DNA of 64,000 nt, taken from Camelus dromedarius. Taxonomy: Eukaryota. Position 1 is the first letter of the stretch; every line of letters begins with the position of its first letter. Positions 40,830 to 54,667 of this stretch are shown here, in pieces. Location of the stretch: contig NC_087436.1 in assembly GCF_036321535.1 (NCBI RefSeq), positions 19,656,001 through 19,720,000 on the forward strand, in the 5' to 3' direction. The position numbers and the translations under genes are program-made. The notes below the pieces were generated by a model. It was not told the origin of the DNA. It did not search any database and was given only the letters and a program-made list of their open reading frames with translations.

Positions 40830-41020
40830 TAAAACTTATTATTTGTTAGGTACTGTTGTATGCATTTAATGAATATGAATGAATTGAATCCTCACACAGA
40901 CCCTGTGAAGTTACCACAGTTGTCGCCTCCAATCTGTAAATGAGTTGACTGAGGCCAAGAAAGGTGATCTTCCCAAGGTCATACGGTTATGGATCTGGGA
41001 TTTGAACCTAGGCAGAGTCC
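40830..41020 (-). mobile_element. MIR SINE
   Basis: AATCCTCAC...ACTGAGGCC...CCCAAGGTCATA...GGGATTTGAACCTAGGCAG. Confidence 0.75.
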
Positions 41021-41094
41021 ATTATCTCCAACTACTTTAATTTCTTTTAAATTGCACAAATACCAATGTAATCAGGGGCCAAATAACTAAGCTC

Positions 41095-41580
41095 TTTTCT
41101 GCTGTCTATTGTTTCATAACAAATCACCCCAAAACCTAGTTATTTAAATAGCAATCATTTTATTATATCCCACAGTCTCTGTGGGTGAGAATTTTGGGCA
41201 GATCAGGGTGTTTCTGGATCAGGGTCTCTCTCAAGGTTGCAGTCAGATGGTGGCTGGAACAGTGGGCTTATTATGCAGCTGGGCATTAGCGAGGTGTCTC
41301 CCTTTCTATGCGTGTGGTCACGGGGCCATGCTAGAATGGCATCTCTGCATGGGTTACTTGTGCTTCCTCACAGCATGGCAGCTTCAGTAACAAGACAACT
41401 TACAGTGTGGTTAAAGACGGTTTGAGTGAGTGTTCCAGCAAACAAAGCCAAAGACTTTAATGAACCAGCCTCGGAAGTCACATGGAGTCTCTTCTGCTGT
41501 ATTCTGTTGGTCCAAAGAGTCACAAAGCACCTCCACTTTTAAGGCAGACTCCTCCCCTCAACAGGAGGAGTGTCAAAGAT
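41095..41580 (-). mobile_element. MLT1-type LTR
   Basis: CTATTGTTTCATAACAAATCACCCCAAAACCTAG...CAGCCTCGGAAGTCACAT motifs. Confidence 0.7.
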
Positions 41581-42573
41581 ACTCCTAAGTATCATCTTAT
41601 ACATACATCATATTTCTCTTTGAGAAATACAATCTGCCACGTAACTAGAAATGTCTTTGCCCATGAAACATGTTTACAACTCACGCTTCACAACTCATGC
41701 TTCTTATCGAGCTGATACGGTCTGTGCTGATTCATTCCTGTTTATCAGCAACCCCCTCTTCTGACTGATGAAAAGTACTTATAAAATGGCACATTGGCAG
41801 AGGATAGTTACAGAACGGAGGTAGAACTTAAGACTTTGCACCTCAGTGAACTGACTCGCCTTTATATAAATTGAGCCTGGGACCCTGGCCTCCTTGTCTA
41901 AGATTTTAAAGCTGTCTGCAGAATTTCAACTAAATGGGAAAGCAACTTTTTCTTCTTCTAAAAAACTGTTTGCAAAACTGTTTCTTATTATGTACCCGAA
42001 TTAGATTCAATGTAGCGGACTTTACTGTGCTGGGGTTTCTATATAGGGTCACTGGTAGGGTCACAAGTTTTTGCCTCTGGCCACAGGCAATAAAGATCTG
42101 GGAGCAGAAGGGCAAAGGCAACTTGACCTCCTTCGCATGCAGTGATGCCCACTGCAGTGGCCTGTCCTCTCTCAGCTGTGGTTTCGTTTACCAAAGATGT
42201 CTTTAGGAAGACATCTGGAGGGCCACGAGGTTTCAATCCTATTTACTTTTTGGCTCTAGGGAAAAACGGTAAAGGTCCTTACAAGGGAAACCAGCTTGGA
42301 GTGGCTAAGTCAGCCCTTCATGGCCTTGGGGATACTGGGCTCCTCGTGTTTGTTTGACAAAGGCTGACATTGGTCTCAAACTCGTGGGGTCCGAGCACAC
42401 GACGTTTCTGGCTAGGTTAGTGACTCCAGCAGATAAGTCACCACCGCCTGCCTGTGCTACATGGTCCCAGGTGTCCTGGACACATCCAAAGCCACTCTAG
42501 TGCCTGGCTATGTTCAGTGGTAGGAAGTGGCTCAGGCACTGGCCCGTTTTCTGTGAGCATCTGATGGTGACTT

Positions 42574-43049
42574 TGTAACTGAGCAGGACCCTGTGGGGCC
42601 TTCCCAGGACAGACCCCTCCCCCGTATCCTCTGCTGCAGCTCCTCTCTGAAGTACCCAGATAATAGTTCCTCATGCATATTTCCTGAGTTTTTCAGGTGC
42701 TAAAAACCACCACCAAATGTGAGAAATTAACGACTTGATCAGCATGAACATGTGGCACCCAGACCTTCTGGTGCCCAGGGTTGATAGTATTGACCGCCCC
42801 GTTACCTCCACATCAGCCAATCAGAGGACTGTGCACGAGCTGATCATGTACCTTGCAACCGTCTCCTTCACTTGGCCGTTAAGTAGGCTTTGATGAAACT
42901 CTTCGAGAAATTTGGGGTTTTTTTGGGCATGGACCATCCTGTCCTCCTTGCTCAGCCCTGCAATAAACCTTTCTCTGCTCCAGACTTCGAGGTTTTTGGT
43001 TTGTCTGGCCACACTGTGTGTCAGGCACACCAACTTACATTCGGTAACA
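42574..43049 (+). mobile_element. ERV1-like solo LTR
   Basis: Starts TGTAACTGA, ends TTCGGTAACA; AGCCAATCAG at ~42815; AATAAA at 42962; TSD not clean. Confidence 0.8.
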
Positions 43050-44575
43050 ATTCCAGAAGGAACCAGCAACCAACATCTCCCACACAGAGTACAGGGTGCC
43101 TGCAGACAGCTAGGAAGGAAAGCATCCTAGCCCTAAGCCTAAGCCGAGAAATCCCCAAAAGACCTTTGCCATCTCCTTCAACAGAACGATCATAAAGGCA
43201 GGGATTCCCTTAAATGCTCATTGGATCTGATGCTGAATGAAGATTTGGTTTCATTTTGAATTGCGATTTCCCGTGGCCCAGGCTCCCCTTAGGTAATTTT
43301 CCGGGTGATGTAGTCTAAACTGACCTTTTGTTCTTGAGGGCACCTGCCATCAGCTTTGACACACAGCTATTGGTTGTTAAGTTGTTAACTTTTGTAACAT
43401 GGTCTAGATTTTTTAAGGGAGGGGGTAGGTGGAGAAAGGATGAAATTTCCCCTTGAGAATTTTGTTGATAAGTTACATGGCTTCACCCCGCTAGATAGCT
43501 GAGTGCCCCAAGTTCCTTCTCTGACAACATTGCCGAAGCGATTCTTTGCCACTAGAAACTCCAGAGCCTGTTCCCTGGCTTAGTTTTATGTCTAGGTACC
43601 TGCAATCGTTGACTGATCTCACCTAGACTTCCCCCTCCACTGAGAAAGCCACAGTGCAGGCCCCGCAGGCAAGGCGGCAGCTGGGATACACTGCGCAGAG
43701 CACAGCAAACAGGTACAGAGGGGTGTCTGGGCTCCAGCCACCTCCCTGGAAATTTTCCTCTTTTGCTTCTGGTAATTGGATAGTTTGTTACATATCCAAG
43801 CCTTTCCTGGGCTTGTTGAGTGTGGCTATTCTCATTTGAATTAATCCATAGAAAGCTGCAAGTCATAGGGCCTAGACTTACTGAATTACAGATAAACTCC
43901 CTCCATAAAATCATTTCACAGCATCACGTACAATCTACAGCGTTGTGTCAAAAGCAAGAGAGGAAGCCTTGTGTCATTTCACTTCGTCTGTCAGTGGGAT
44001 GAATATAGAGATATTTGTACTTTAGCCTTTTATGAATGAAAAAGGAGTTAATCCCATCCTATGAAAAGTTCTTGATTTGTCGGCTTTGAGAGGCTGAGTT
44101 CTCTGAGTCTTTCTGACTCCACAGAGTGAGCTGACCGTCCGGTGCAACTGTGTTACATTTTTCACTTACTGGGATGCCCTGAAGAAGCCCACCCTGGTCT
44201 TGATGGTCACTTCTGCAGAGATAAGTTACTGTCTCTGAAATCTCGGTTCCTCTTCACAAACTACCAATTAAGAATGAACTTCAGAGATGATCCTATAAAC
44301 TAAATTGAGAATCACTGGTTTGCCTCACAGACAGCAACCACTCCCTGAAGCCAGCAGGGTTTAAGGGTTTAATTTAGGTCTCTGGTTGTAAGACTTTTCA
44401 AAAAATCCAACTATCTCTGCCTGGAAGGGGTTAATTTGAAATCTAAAGACTCACAGAGGCAATAGATTATGGAAAGAGCTGTAGATTCCTCAATCATATT
44501 TCTCTTTTTTTGTGTGGTTACATAGCAATGGACTTCCACCTTCCAGCGATATGACTCCTTAAAGTCACCTTTTTC

Positions 44576-44818
44576 TCTCTCTTTTTTTCATTAAAGTATA
44601 GTTGGTTTACAAAGTTGTGTGAGTTTCTGGTGTACAGCACAGTGATTCTGTTTTATATATGTGTATACTTTCCCATGTTCTTTTTCACTGTGGCTATTAC
44701 AAGATATTGAACGTGGTTCCCTGTGCTACACAGTAGGACCTTGTTGATCTATTCTGTACAGACTAGTTTGCATCTGCTAATCCCAACTCTTAGTGTATCC
44801 CTCCCGACTCCTTTCCCC
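44576..44818 (-). mobile_element. L1 3' end
   Basis: AAAGTATAGTTGGTTTACAAAGTTGTGTGAGTTTCTGGTGTACAGCACAGTGATTC; degenerate TSD TAAA(G/C)TCACCTT. Confidence 0.85.
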
Positions 44819-46529
44819 TAAACTCACCTTCTCTATCCCTGTGTAGGAGACAGGCTGTCAGGCAAATTCTACTAGCAGGTGATGATTTGGCAATAGTGTT
44901 GAAAAATGTTAAGAAAAATCTCAAATCCAACACAACGACTACTTCATTTGTGAATTATAGGTGATTGGTGGGTGAAGTATTTTTTTTTTGTCACTTTCTA
45001 GAGTGGACAACAAGAAAATGAAGGGCTAAAATCATTGAGAATGTCTCATGATTTACTCTAAGAGCAAGTGTGAAACGCGTGCATTAATAAATCTTACTCC
45101 AGCTGTATTTCCTATCTGAGCTATGCCAGCCCGCTTTATAAGCCTGAATTTTTAAAACTTGAAAAAAGGGGAGCTATCTTTTCCAAATGTGCTTCTACAA
45201 TACTCAGTAAAGAAAATGTATATTTATTTTCTAAAGTAATGTCATTACCGGAAGCCTTGCCTCTTTCCCTTTGACAGGAAAACAGAGTGCTTATCTTCAT
45301 ATTTTCATAATGAAAACTCCCCAAGCTCAGGCCACTCTGGCAGATTTACAACCTTTGAGCAGGAGAGCTGACAGGCATTTTAATATGAAAGGAGATATGA
45401 TGTCTTTCATGTACAGTGATGTCACTTCTAATGAGGGAGAAGCTGCCTTCTGCAGTGCCCTCCCGCCGTTATAGGGCTGACCTGGCTGCGGTAGAGAACT
45501 TCTAACCTAGAGAAAGGTCACAAGTAAGACAGGAGGAAGGGACTCTTCCCGATTGAGGGGCAGGGGCGCATGGCGAGGTCGTGGGCACAAGCCTGCTGTG
45601 AGTGTGCGTTAGCTGCAGGAGGAAGCTGAAGGCAGGAACTGTCTAGACAGAGCTGACCTTGAGAAAGGAAAAGGTAAGGCTTGATACTGAAAGGGTAATG
45701 AAAATCCTCTGGGGAGTGTTAAAATGAAAGCTGGGTTGCCTGTTGACCACCTTTTCTCTCCCTTCTCTCCTACCCTGAAGTCCCGAAACTTGAAAGTGAT
45801 ATTGACAGCCACGCTGTTATTCACAGGGTGCTTGATTATTGTGCCTGGAGAAACGAAAGTGAGAGAATGCCAGAAACTTGCAGTCTTTTATTTGCAAATG
45901 AGGTCTTCAAGGTTTAGCATTTTGTATAGAAAATATTGCTTCTGGTTTTGAAAAGAGCTTTCCATTCTCAGAGACTGGTATTCAGCTGTCCTTGCCCTAA
46001 GCCCTCTGATTAATACTGCTACTCACTCCTGACGGAGCAGGAGGGATTTTTAGCAAATCATCTGATAACTGCTATGTTGCCAAATCCAGTGGACCTGGGG
46101 AAGGTGGGAAGGGGCCTCCTGCAAGCCAGGTCCTGTGAAATTCCAAAAGCACCCTCTACTGCAGCAGAGAACCAGGTCGGTGCGTTGATCTCAAGGAAAA
46201 TCCTGATATTCCAAAACTGGGGACGCTTTCACTATTTAAATAAACTTTTATTCATTAAGCAAAATATCTGGAAGTACAAGGGTTAACTGAAGAACTTAGA
46301 AGGTTTTGCCAGCTCAGAGGATAGCCGAGCGTTTAAAATTTGCCAGTGCAATTAAATGTACTTCTCTTTAATTAAACGTAGGCACATCCAGCCATCTACA
46401 CACTCAAAATTAAGTATCAAAGATTTATTGTGTAAAAGAGCCAAACAGTAAAGGCAAGGGTCAGAACTGACCAATATCACAAAAGACTATAATTTTAAAA
46501 AATATGTTATTATCTAATTAATTTTACTG

Positions 46530-46770
46530 CAGTGAAACAGTGGTTATGAGCTTGGGCAGGCTGTCCTGGGCTGTATTCTGTCTCTGCCACTTACAAGTTA
46601 TAGGATTTGGAAAAGTTACCTAATTTCTTTAGGCCTCAGTTTCATTATATGTGAAGCTGGAAGTATCATTTTACCTACCTCACAGTTTCTGTAAGAATTA
46701 ATTGAACTCATCAATAAAAATCACTGACCACCATGTCTAAAGCATAGCTAAGCCCTTAGTGAATGCTAGC
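46530..46770 (+). mobile_element. MIR SINE
   Basis: CTCTGCCACTTAC...GCCTCAGTTTC...ACCTACCTCACAG. Confidence 0.7.
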
Positions 46771-48879
46771 CCCTTTCACTGCCAGTATCAGTATTAAAAC
46801 AATTAAATTAAATTTAAATGAAATATTAATTTAATCTTAATCAGTTAATTTTATTTATTGGGTAATTAAATAATTAAAATAAAATTATTTAAATGTTGGG
46901 TGATTAAATAAATTATTAAAACATATTAGTCGTGTATCTTGCATTAAAATCTTATTTGTGGGCTTCAGAATATATAAAATGACATTCTATATATAGTTTG
47001 TAATGGAAATTTTTTCCTTTGTGATTGGCTCAAAGGATCATTCTTCCAGCTCTAAAAGGCTACGTGTGGCCACAGGTCCATGGGCCAGTGAGCTCTGAAT
47101 GACGAATCAGACGTAAAAATGTGGACCCATTCAAACATTAATGGCGACCACTACCCCAAATGCCTGCTCCTCTAACCCAGTGACTCTCAAACTCTGATGT
47201 GCACAAGAAAATCAGGGGGCATATTAATGCAGATATTCTGGTTTGGTAAATCTGGCCTACAGAAGGCAACCAACCCTGAACTTCTCAAAGATGCTCGTAC
47301 CCACTCCCTCCCAACCCCCCCATCATTCCCACCATTTCCACCCCCGGCATTCCTTATTGCCTCGGAAAAGGAGGCCTTCTGGGAAACGTAGTCAGGTGGT
47401 AGGTCTTAAAACGTGAAGCCATTCTCATACTCCCACCTCCTTAAGACTTCTGACTCTCTTATCTAAACTAAGGTCGAAGAAGTTCCAATATATCCACATC
47501 ATCTCCTTTAGGCCGTCACGGTGACTAGACCTGAAGGAGCCGTTGCAGTAGTGTGTAAGGACCAGCTCCATGTGTCCTGGCCAGAACACTGAATCCTGAA
47601 TCACAGGTAGGTGTCTATCCGTCCATTCTCTAGCCTCTGTCTGCCTCCTCTGCCTGTCAGGTAATCTCCAGATCCTCACCCACGGTGTTCGCACAGTTCC
47701 AGCCAGCACATTTCATCAGGTCAGACCTTTCCTTCGGCAAGTAGGCTCTGTCTTCCCATCAGGGCTTGTACTCCCTTAGTATTTGCCTGGGGAGGGCGGC
47801 AAGGGAAGGTCAGGGTGGGTCTTGAGGCAAACTTGAGAACAAGCCTGATTTGGGGAGGCTCTTGCTTCTGGTAACATCATCGCACTCTCCCCAGGCAAGG
47901 GCGGCGGGGGAGGTCTTCACCCTTGACAAGGAGAAACAAACTGTTTCTGCCAGCCAGGGAGATTCCGGCGTGTCTACTCCAGCGTCTTCATCCTAGGTTT
48001 CAGTTTCCCACTCTTTCCCTATCAAGGCCCTGACCATGACCTAGGAGACCTGTTGAGTCTGCACAGTCAGTTTTCTTCACAGCCCTGCCACCCTGCACTG
48101 ATTTTCAGTACCGATGCCTTCCAGGTGCAGGAGATGCCAGCCTCATTTAAAGCCGTTCCGTAGGTCCTCTGGCTTTGAGAGCATGACTTAAATCAGTAAT
48201 AGCTACCTTAGCCTATCATTTTTTTTAATTCAAGCTTTAATACAGTAAGATCAGAGTGTCTGGCAGGGTGGTTTTGCCTTAGACATTTTTGTTTGTTTTT
48301 TATACATTTTTATTTTTTATTGAAGTCCCGTTGATTTACAATGATCATCTTCTTTTATCAAAACCTCAAATGTCTCAAAAGCAGCCCCTCACCCCTCGTT
48401 ATGTTGCCCCTCACTGATCAAACATGGTAGCTCCCTGATGTTCCAAAGTTTTGCCGTCCACCCAATCTCCATCCCAGTCAACCACAAATAAAAGAGTTAG
48501 AAATTGTGAAGTCACTTCTCAGGGCTATTACCATCCCCACTTACCTGATTGTTTTCAGACAGTCAAATACAAAATCAGTCCCAAAATCTCATTCTGAGGG
48601 TCTTCTTTCTAGGACACTTCTTCTGTTGACTTTCTCAGTAAACAAAGCCTGAGGCAAAGGCTGTGTGTGAACGCTTTATTTACTGGTCGTGTAATGCGAG
48701 GACAGCCAGAGTCAAGAAAAAAGGGAAGAAAGGCAGGGAAGGAGGGACAGCAAATAGAAGGTGGCCCATGACTGAGCTGGCCACAGCTTCGCAGGGAAGC
48801 ACAGGCAGTCGCTTGATCATATGAGGCATATCTGTGCTACAGCTTCTGAGAACAATCCATTGAGGGGAAGTGCTCCAGT

Positions 48880-49390
48880 TTTCCATTGCTATATAACAAG
48901 CTACCCAAGAACCTGACAGCTGAAACGAATCATTTTATTCTGCCCTGGTTTTGTGAGGCATCTGGGAAAGATGGGACTGAGTGGTTCACCTCTGATCAGT
49001 TTGGGTGGCTGAGACAGACCACCCGCTATCAAGATGGCTTCTCCACTCACGTGGTCTGGAATAGCTGGTAATTGACGCTGACTCCCGGCTGGGAGCTCAG
49101 CAGAGGCCACTGACACGTGGATTCCCTAAGGGGCTTGGGCTTCTCTCAGCACCGTGGCTCAGTATCCCGAGAGAGCATCTTCAGGAAAAGCACTCCGGGA
49201 GAACCAGGCAGAAGTTGCAAGACTTGTTACAACATTTGCCTCGGAAGTCCAAGAAGGTCGCTTCCACTACATTCTACTATTCAAGCAAGTCCCGAAGGCC
49301 AGTGTAGATGCAAAAGGAGGGGAAATTAAATTCTATTTCTCAGTGGAAAGAATAATGAAGAATAGGCAGCCGTCTTAACCGCAGTCCACA
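48880..49390 (-). mobile_element. MLT1-type LTR inside an older LTR16-like element (~48620-49840)
   Basis: CATTGCTATATAACAAGCTACCCAAG...GCCTCGGAAGTCC...AGTCCACA; flanks resemble ERVL LTR sequence. Confidence 0.6.
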
Positions 49391-50241
49391 GGCAGGGAAA
49401 GAGGGACAGCAAATATAAGCTGGTACTTGACGGAGCTGGCTGGTTAACACAAGAAAACACAACCGGTTATTTGAACATTTCAGTCTCTAGATGTGATGTT
49501 TGGAAAAAACCAGTTCAGAGTAATCTGCTGGGGAGAAGAAAGAAGACTGCATCTGCTAGTTCCTCACTGCTGTGTTGTCTGTTGTCTTTCTCTGTCAACG
49601 TTTGCCACATGAGCTGGCAACCCCACACCCCTGCGTTGTGTCACTTTGTCCCCCTTCCTCCAAGGTGGTTGCTGGGGAAGTCATATCCCACAATCCACCG
49701 CATGGTCCTCCATCTGAGTCCAGAAGTAGGTGGGAGGATCCAGAACCTCCAGGCCTTGATGGTAAAGTTTGGGTAGCCCTTGCAGTGGGAGGCAGGCTGG
49801 GTCATTCTTCAGCCAGCCCTTAACCTAGAGGAGCCAAGAAACTGGTGCTGGTTAACTTGTGTGACAGTGGAGCTGAGCAGGCCTCTCCACTGACAGCAGG
49901 GGAGGTTGAGTGAATCTGGGAAGATGCATTAATTTGGTCCGACGCACACATCTAAGCATTGTCATTCAATCCAGCTTTCATAAGTCATAAGGCAGATGTT
50001 TTTCTACCCATCTAGTTTCTCGTGGTTGATTTAGAGCCATCTGTGCCTCTTTCAGTTGGTTCTAAACTTGGGAGGAGTAGTGGATATTTTCTGTCGCCTC
50101 TCCCATGTTCGCCCACCTGTCTGAGCTCTGGAAGGCTGCCTTTAGACACTATATCGAGAGGTTCCCCAGTTTTCTAGCTTTCAGATGATTTAGCCAATAG
50201 AATGCACCAAGAGATCAGAGGATAAGATAGGAGTAAGTTTG

Positions 50242-50402
50242 AGGGGGATGGCAGGGTATAGCTCAAGCTGTAGAGTGCATGCTTAGGAAGCATGAGGTCC
50301 TGGGTTCAATCACCGGTACCTCCTCCAACAACAAGTAAACAAACAAATAAAAAAGTAATTAAATAAACCTAGTTACCTCCCCCTGCCAAAAAAAAAAAAA
50401 AA
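50242..50402 (+). mobile_element. Vic-1-type SINE inserted in an old LTR-like element
   Basis: tRNA-like head, poly(A) tail, 18-bp TSD AAGATA(G/A)GAGTAAGTTTG at 50224 and 50403. Confidence 0.9.
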
Positions 50403-51126
50403 AAGATAAGAGTAAGTTTGCCACTGTTGGCTGTGTCCTCTTGACAAAGAGCACAGCTCCTGTCAAACAATCTTCTCCAAACATCTCTCACATGGTTCCA
50501 AAACCACCTCCTCCTTTGCCCTACCTGGTCCAGGAGCTCACTTCTGCTGCTGACCCTGGGATACCCACCACTCCGTGTAGGTTTCCTTTAACACATTTGT
50601 GAAGTGTCCTTTTTAAAACTCTCTAATTACAGGTTTGAACATGCCTTCTGTTCCTATTGGGACCCTAAAGAATATAGGTGGGGACAGGAATGTAATTAAT
50701 TATCACCCCTAGGTCCACAAAAGTAAGCCCTGGTAATTGTTAGTAGATTACTAGTAAATACTCTTTAGTCAAATACAAAAATAAAAGTTTTACTGTTGGC
50801 TCACTGTGCTCCTATAAGTAGAAAATAAAGGACTTCAGTTTTTAATTGTCTGAGGTTCATCGGGGAGCCCCCAGGGCCCCACCAGACAATTACTGGGATG
50901 GAGTGAAATGCCAAGGCATTCCCAGAGGAAATACATGAAGCTCTCATTTCCTACCATCTGCCGGGGAAGAATTAGAAGGAAAGAGGTAATGAAAACAGCT
51001 AATTTACTCTTTTTGGGAAATCAGGCAAGTCCCAATGTTGATTTTATTAAGGCAAAAGGAACATTACTACGTGGCAAATATCCAGGAGTACTTTTATCTG
51101 GACATAATTCAAATGATTATAACGTT

Positions 51127-51316
51127 AGAGCTGTGCCGTTCCATCGGTGGCTACTAGTGACGTGTGGCTATTTAAATTTGAATTCATTAAAATTCAGTAA
51201 AATTTACAATTCAGCTCCTTGGTCACACTAGCCACATGTGGCTAGGGGCTGCGGTCTTGACAGCACAGACACAGGAATTTCCCATCATCACCGAACGTTC
51301 GATCGGATAGCATTGT
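51127..51316. mobile_element. MER3/MER33-like hAT element
   Basis: GTGGCTATTTAAATTTGAATT...GTCACACTAGCCACATGTGGCTAG...TTCCCATCATCAC. Confidence 0.75.
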
Positions 51317-53039
51317 CCTTAAGAACTAACACCACATTTCTCTATGTTGCGTGTTTTAAATTACCATGTTTATTGAACGTTGGGGGCACTAAATTATCAG
51401 ACGCCGGAGAACTATATTTAGTGTGAGTGTGTTATGTGGAGGAGTAAAAAGAGTTCTGTGCTGTGATCCTCCAGAGGAGAAAAGACTTCAACTTATTTCA
51501 GAAATTTTTAAAGTATGTATTTTGACTTTTGTTAAATTTATTAAACCAAGTAGTGAAATAAGACAGTCACCCTAATTGAATTAAATGTGGACTTTTTTTC
51601 CCTCAGATATTAGAATCAGCATTATAGCAACTTAATTTGTTTTAAAATTAATTCTTAGGATGAAGATAAAATCTTAAGAGCCATGTGTAATATACTCAGA
51701 ATTACTTTAGTTTCAGCATATTGAAAGAGAAAGTGTTTTAAATAAAAACATGAAAATAAAGACATACACTCATCTCCTCCAAGTAAGGTAAAGAAAAACT
51801 AACATTTTAGGTACATAAACTTGAAATCTCTTTAAAAAAATCATGAAGCATTCCAGCCATAATAAGACCACTTATAAAAAAAAAAAAGAGAGGTGAGGTA
51901 AATCCATGCAGAAATGATAAAATATCTAGGATATCAGATTGGATTGCATATATAAATAAGTCCAAATACATAGTAAATGTAGCTTAGATAAGAGGTCTTT
52001 AAATTGTTATTATGCATCTCAGTATGCAGACTTCATCTAATTTGAGATAAAGCCAGTTTGCAACTCTTACTTTAAAATTCCCAGACTGAGAAGCTAGGGT
52101 TTTCTTCGAAGGGTTGTCATCATCATTGGGTTGTGCTACCTCCGCCTGGAAAACATGTTGAACGCCAGACCACACGGATGGGCACTGAAAGCACACTGTT
52201 GACTATTTTCAATTGACATGCTGTTTCTTTCTGGAAGGAAAACAAAACTGAGGGATGAGGAAAAGAGGCAAATCGAGGTCATCTTGGACATAAGTAGACT
52301 AAGACTGGTCAGTCTAGAAAGCTGCCAAGATTTTTCAAGAATTTTTTTAAAACCACACTTTTTTTCTTACTACAAAAATAATTCATATTCATCATAGACA
52401 TGTTAGAAAGCACAATTAAACAGGTAGAAGTATATGAAAAAGACCGATTTACTTTCCCTCGAGATAAACTCTATTAATAGTCTGGGATGTATTCCCCCAG
52501 AATTTTTGTTTCCTTGTGTAGAGAAGTATACTAGTTTTGCCACTTGAGGGTGTAAAGGTGAAACTTTTAATTTGAAACCTGCTCTTTTTCATATTGCACC
52601 ATCTTGTATCATTAGAAGCTTTTACAATGTCATTTTTTAAAAAAGCAGCCAGAAATTTTTGATCTGTGGGGAAGTTCACTGTAGTTATGGTGTTAAATAT
52701 TGCATTTTCCCAAACCAGTCAACAACCTGATTCAGACTATTTGACCTAGTGATTCCCTAAACAGTTGCCTCTCAGTTTTCCATGGTCAGAAACAAAGGAT
52801 CAAAAAACAAACAAACAAAAAGTTAGACATCAATAATGCTCCTTAACTTTTCTACTTCCCAAACATCGCTTGAATACTGTCGAGGCCTTTTCAAATCCAA
52901 CAGAGTCACATCTCCAGGAAGGTAGAGGAGTTTTCTTTAAATCACTCAGGAGGATCTAGGAAAATGTTAGCCCTTCATCTTAAATGAAGCATGCAACTCC
53001 ATCCAAGACGAGAGTTGTGACATAGCCCGGAGTCAGCAA

Positions 53040-53810
53040 GGAGCCACTCACGGATGCTGACCGTGAAAGTAACATCATCATTTTCTGTTTTAAGACCATC
53101 CTTCTGGGAAGCAGCAGAAGCAGTGAGGGGGTTATTGTTACAGAAAAAGGGAAGATGGCGGGTGGAGCTGAGGCTGGAGCAGCTTGGGTGGAGCAGGGGG
53201 TGCACATTAGATAGTCTGAGAAGGTAGATGTAACAGATCTAAGTAAATAAACTGGCAAATGAGGAACACTCAGGGGACAAAAAAAGTCTGCCTGGTCTTG
53301 CAGGTTTTGTTTTGTTTTGTTGTTTTTCGTTTTTGACGACCTAGGTACCAACTATGGGAAAAGATAAGAATTACAGGAGAAAAGGGACATAAGAGGAGAC
53401 ACTTTGAGTCAGGCAAAATAACGTCAGTTTTGGTCATGTTAACTTTGAATGTCATGGGATGTCTAAGTGTAATATACAGTAAGCAGCTGGAAACACCGCT
53501 CTGAACATGAGGGACGGGGCTGGGCTCGTAATGCAGATTCTGAGCCGTGTTTCCCTGTTACTGCAGGACCTCACAGGGCCTTTAGTTTAGTGAGATGTAC
53601 TGCAAATCTCCACAAACAAGAGGTTTATAGCTGGCATTTCTCAACCTTATTTGAACATGGAACATAACGTCCCTTGGAGCATCATTTTGGAGACACTGGC
53701 GTGTTGGTGTCACTGAGGCCTGGATATGGATAAGATTCCCAAAGAAATAATGTTGAATGGGAAGAGAAGAGTGCTGAAGATGAAACTTGAGAGACTCTAG
53801 ACCTGTCATA
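53040..53810 (+). mobile_element. L2 LINE fragment
   Basis: CAGTTTTGGTCATGTTAACTTTGAATGTC...AAGCAGCTGGA...GGGCTGG L2-like motifs. Confidence 0.55.
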
Positions 53811-54074
53811 TCCAAAACATTTAAGGAGAACGAACAGTGCCTTATTCTGATTCCTTATTTTAATTTTCTATCCCAGTGAAAACTATGCTGCCTCAGAACA
53901 AATAAAACCATGTCTTAAGTTTCACCATTTACTTGAGTAGATTATGTGCTTTCCACAGTTCTAGGTCCATTTATACATTTACAGAATTTCTTTTAACTCT
54001 TAAAAACTGTACCCCAAACTTAGATGGATCCTGGAGAATATCAACATTTAAAAGAGATCCAGCAGAAGAGGCTA

Positions 54075-54640
54075 GAAAGAGATAGGCAGTTAGATAAGTG
54101 GGGGCCCCAGGGAGATAAAGTGGAGGAGAGGGAGGATGGTCCAGATGACATTTTTGCCTGCCTTCAGCATAAGGGGCTTTACTTCCTTTAAATGAGTGCC
54201 GGCAAGAAACCGGTTGGGACTGGATGGCTGTGATTGCAACAAGGACCTAACCAGACAAGACCCAATGCTCATTGTAATATAGTTAGCATTGCGGTTTAGG
54301 TCCTCCCCCCTCGCACCGTGGGCTTCTCTGTGTGCATCATGGGTAAGGACATGTACAAAAGGGGACAGGAATGATTAAGCACTCTGGGGCAAAAGCTGTC
54401 AATCAATCAAGAGGCCACCCCTAAGCGAGGGTATAAGACAGAAGGACCAAGAAATACCAGGCTACTGTCCTCTCTTGGATTAGCTCTTGAACGTGTACTT
54501 TCGCTTAAAAACAAACAAACAAAAAACTTCCGCGACACAACACTTTTGTCTCCTATCTGAATTCTTGTCTTTCGGGCAAGACAAGACCTGAGGCCTTCCC
54601 CTTTTGGGGGAACAGAGACTTTGGGGGAAGAACCCCAACG
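54075..54640 (+). mobile_element. Probable ERV1-class LTR
   Basis: GATAGGCAGTTAGATA 5' motif, GGGTATAAGA TATA-like box ~54430, U5-like TGAATTCTTGTCTTTCGGGCAAGACAAGACC; boundaries approximate. Confidence 0.5.
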
Positions 54641-54667
54641 GTTAGGAGAACGATCTTGCTTAGAGAC

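Noticed and set aside
46795..46925. Very AT-rich, quasi-palindromic tract
   Set aside because: Low-complexity sequence without a long perfect inverted repeat
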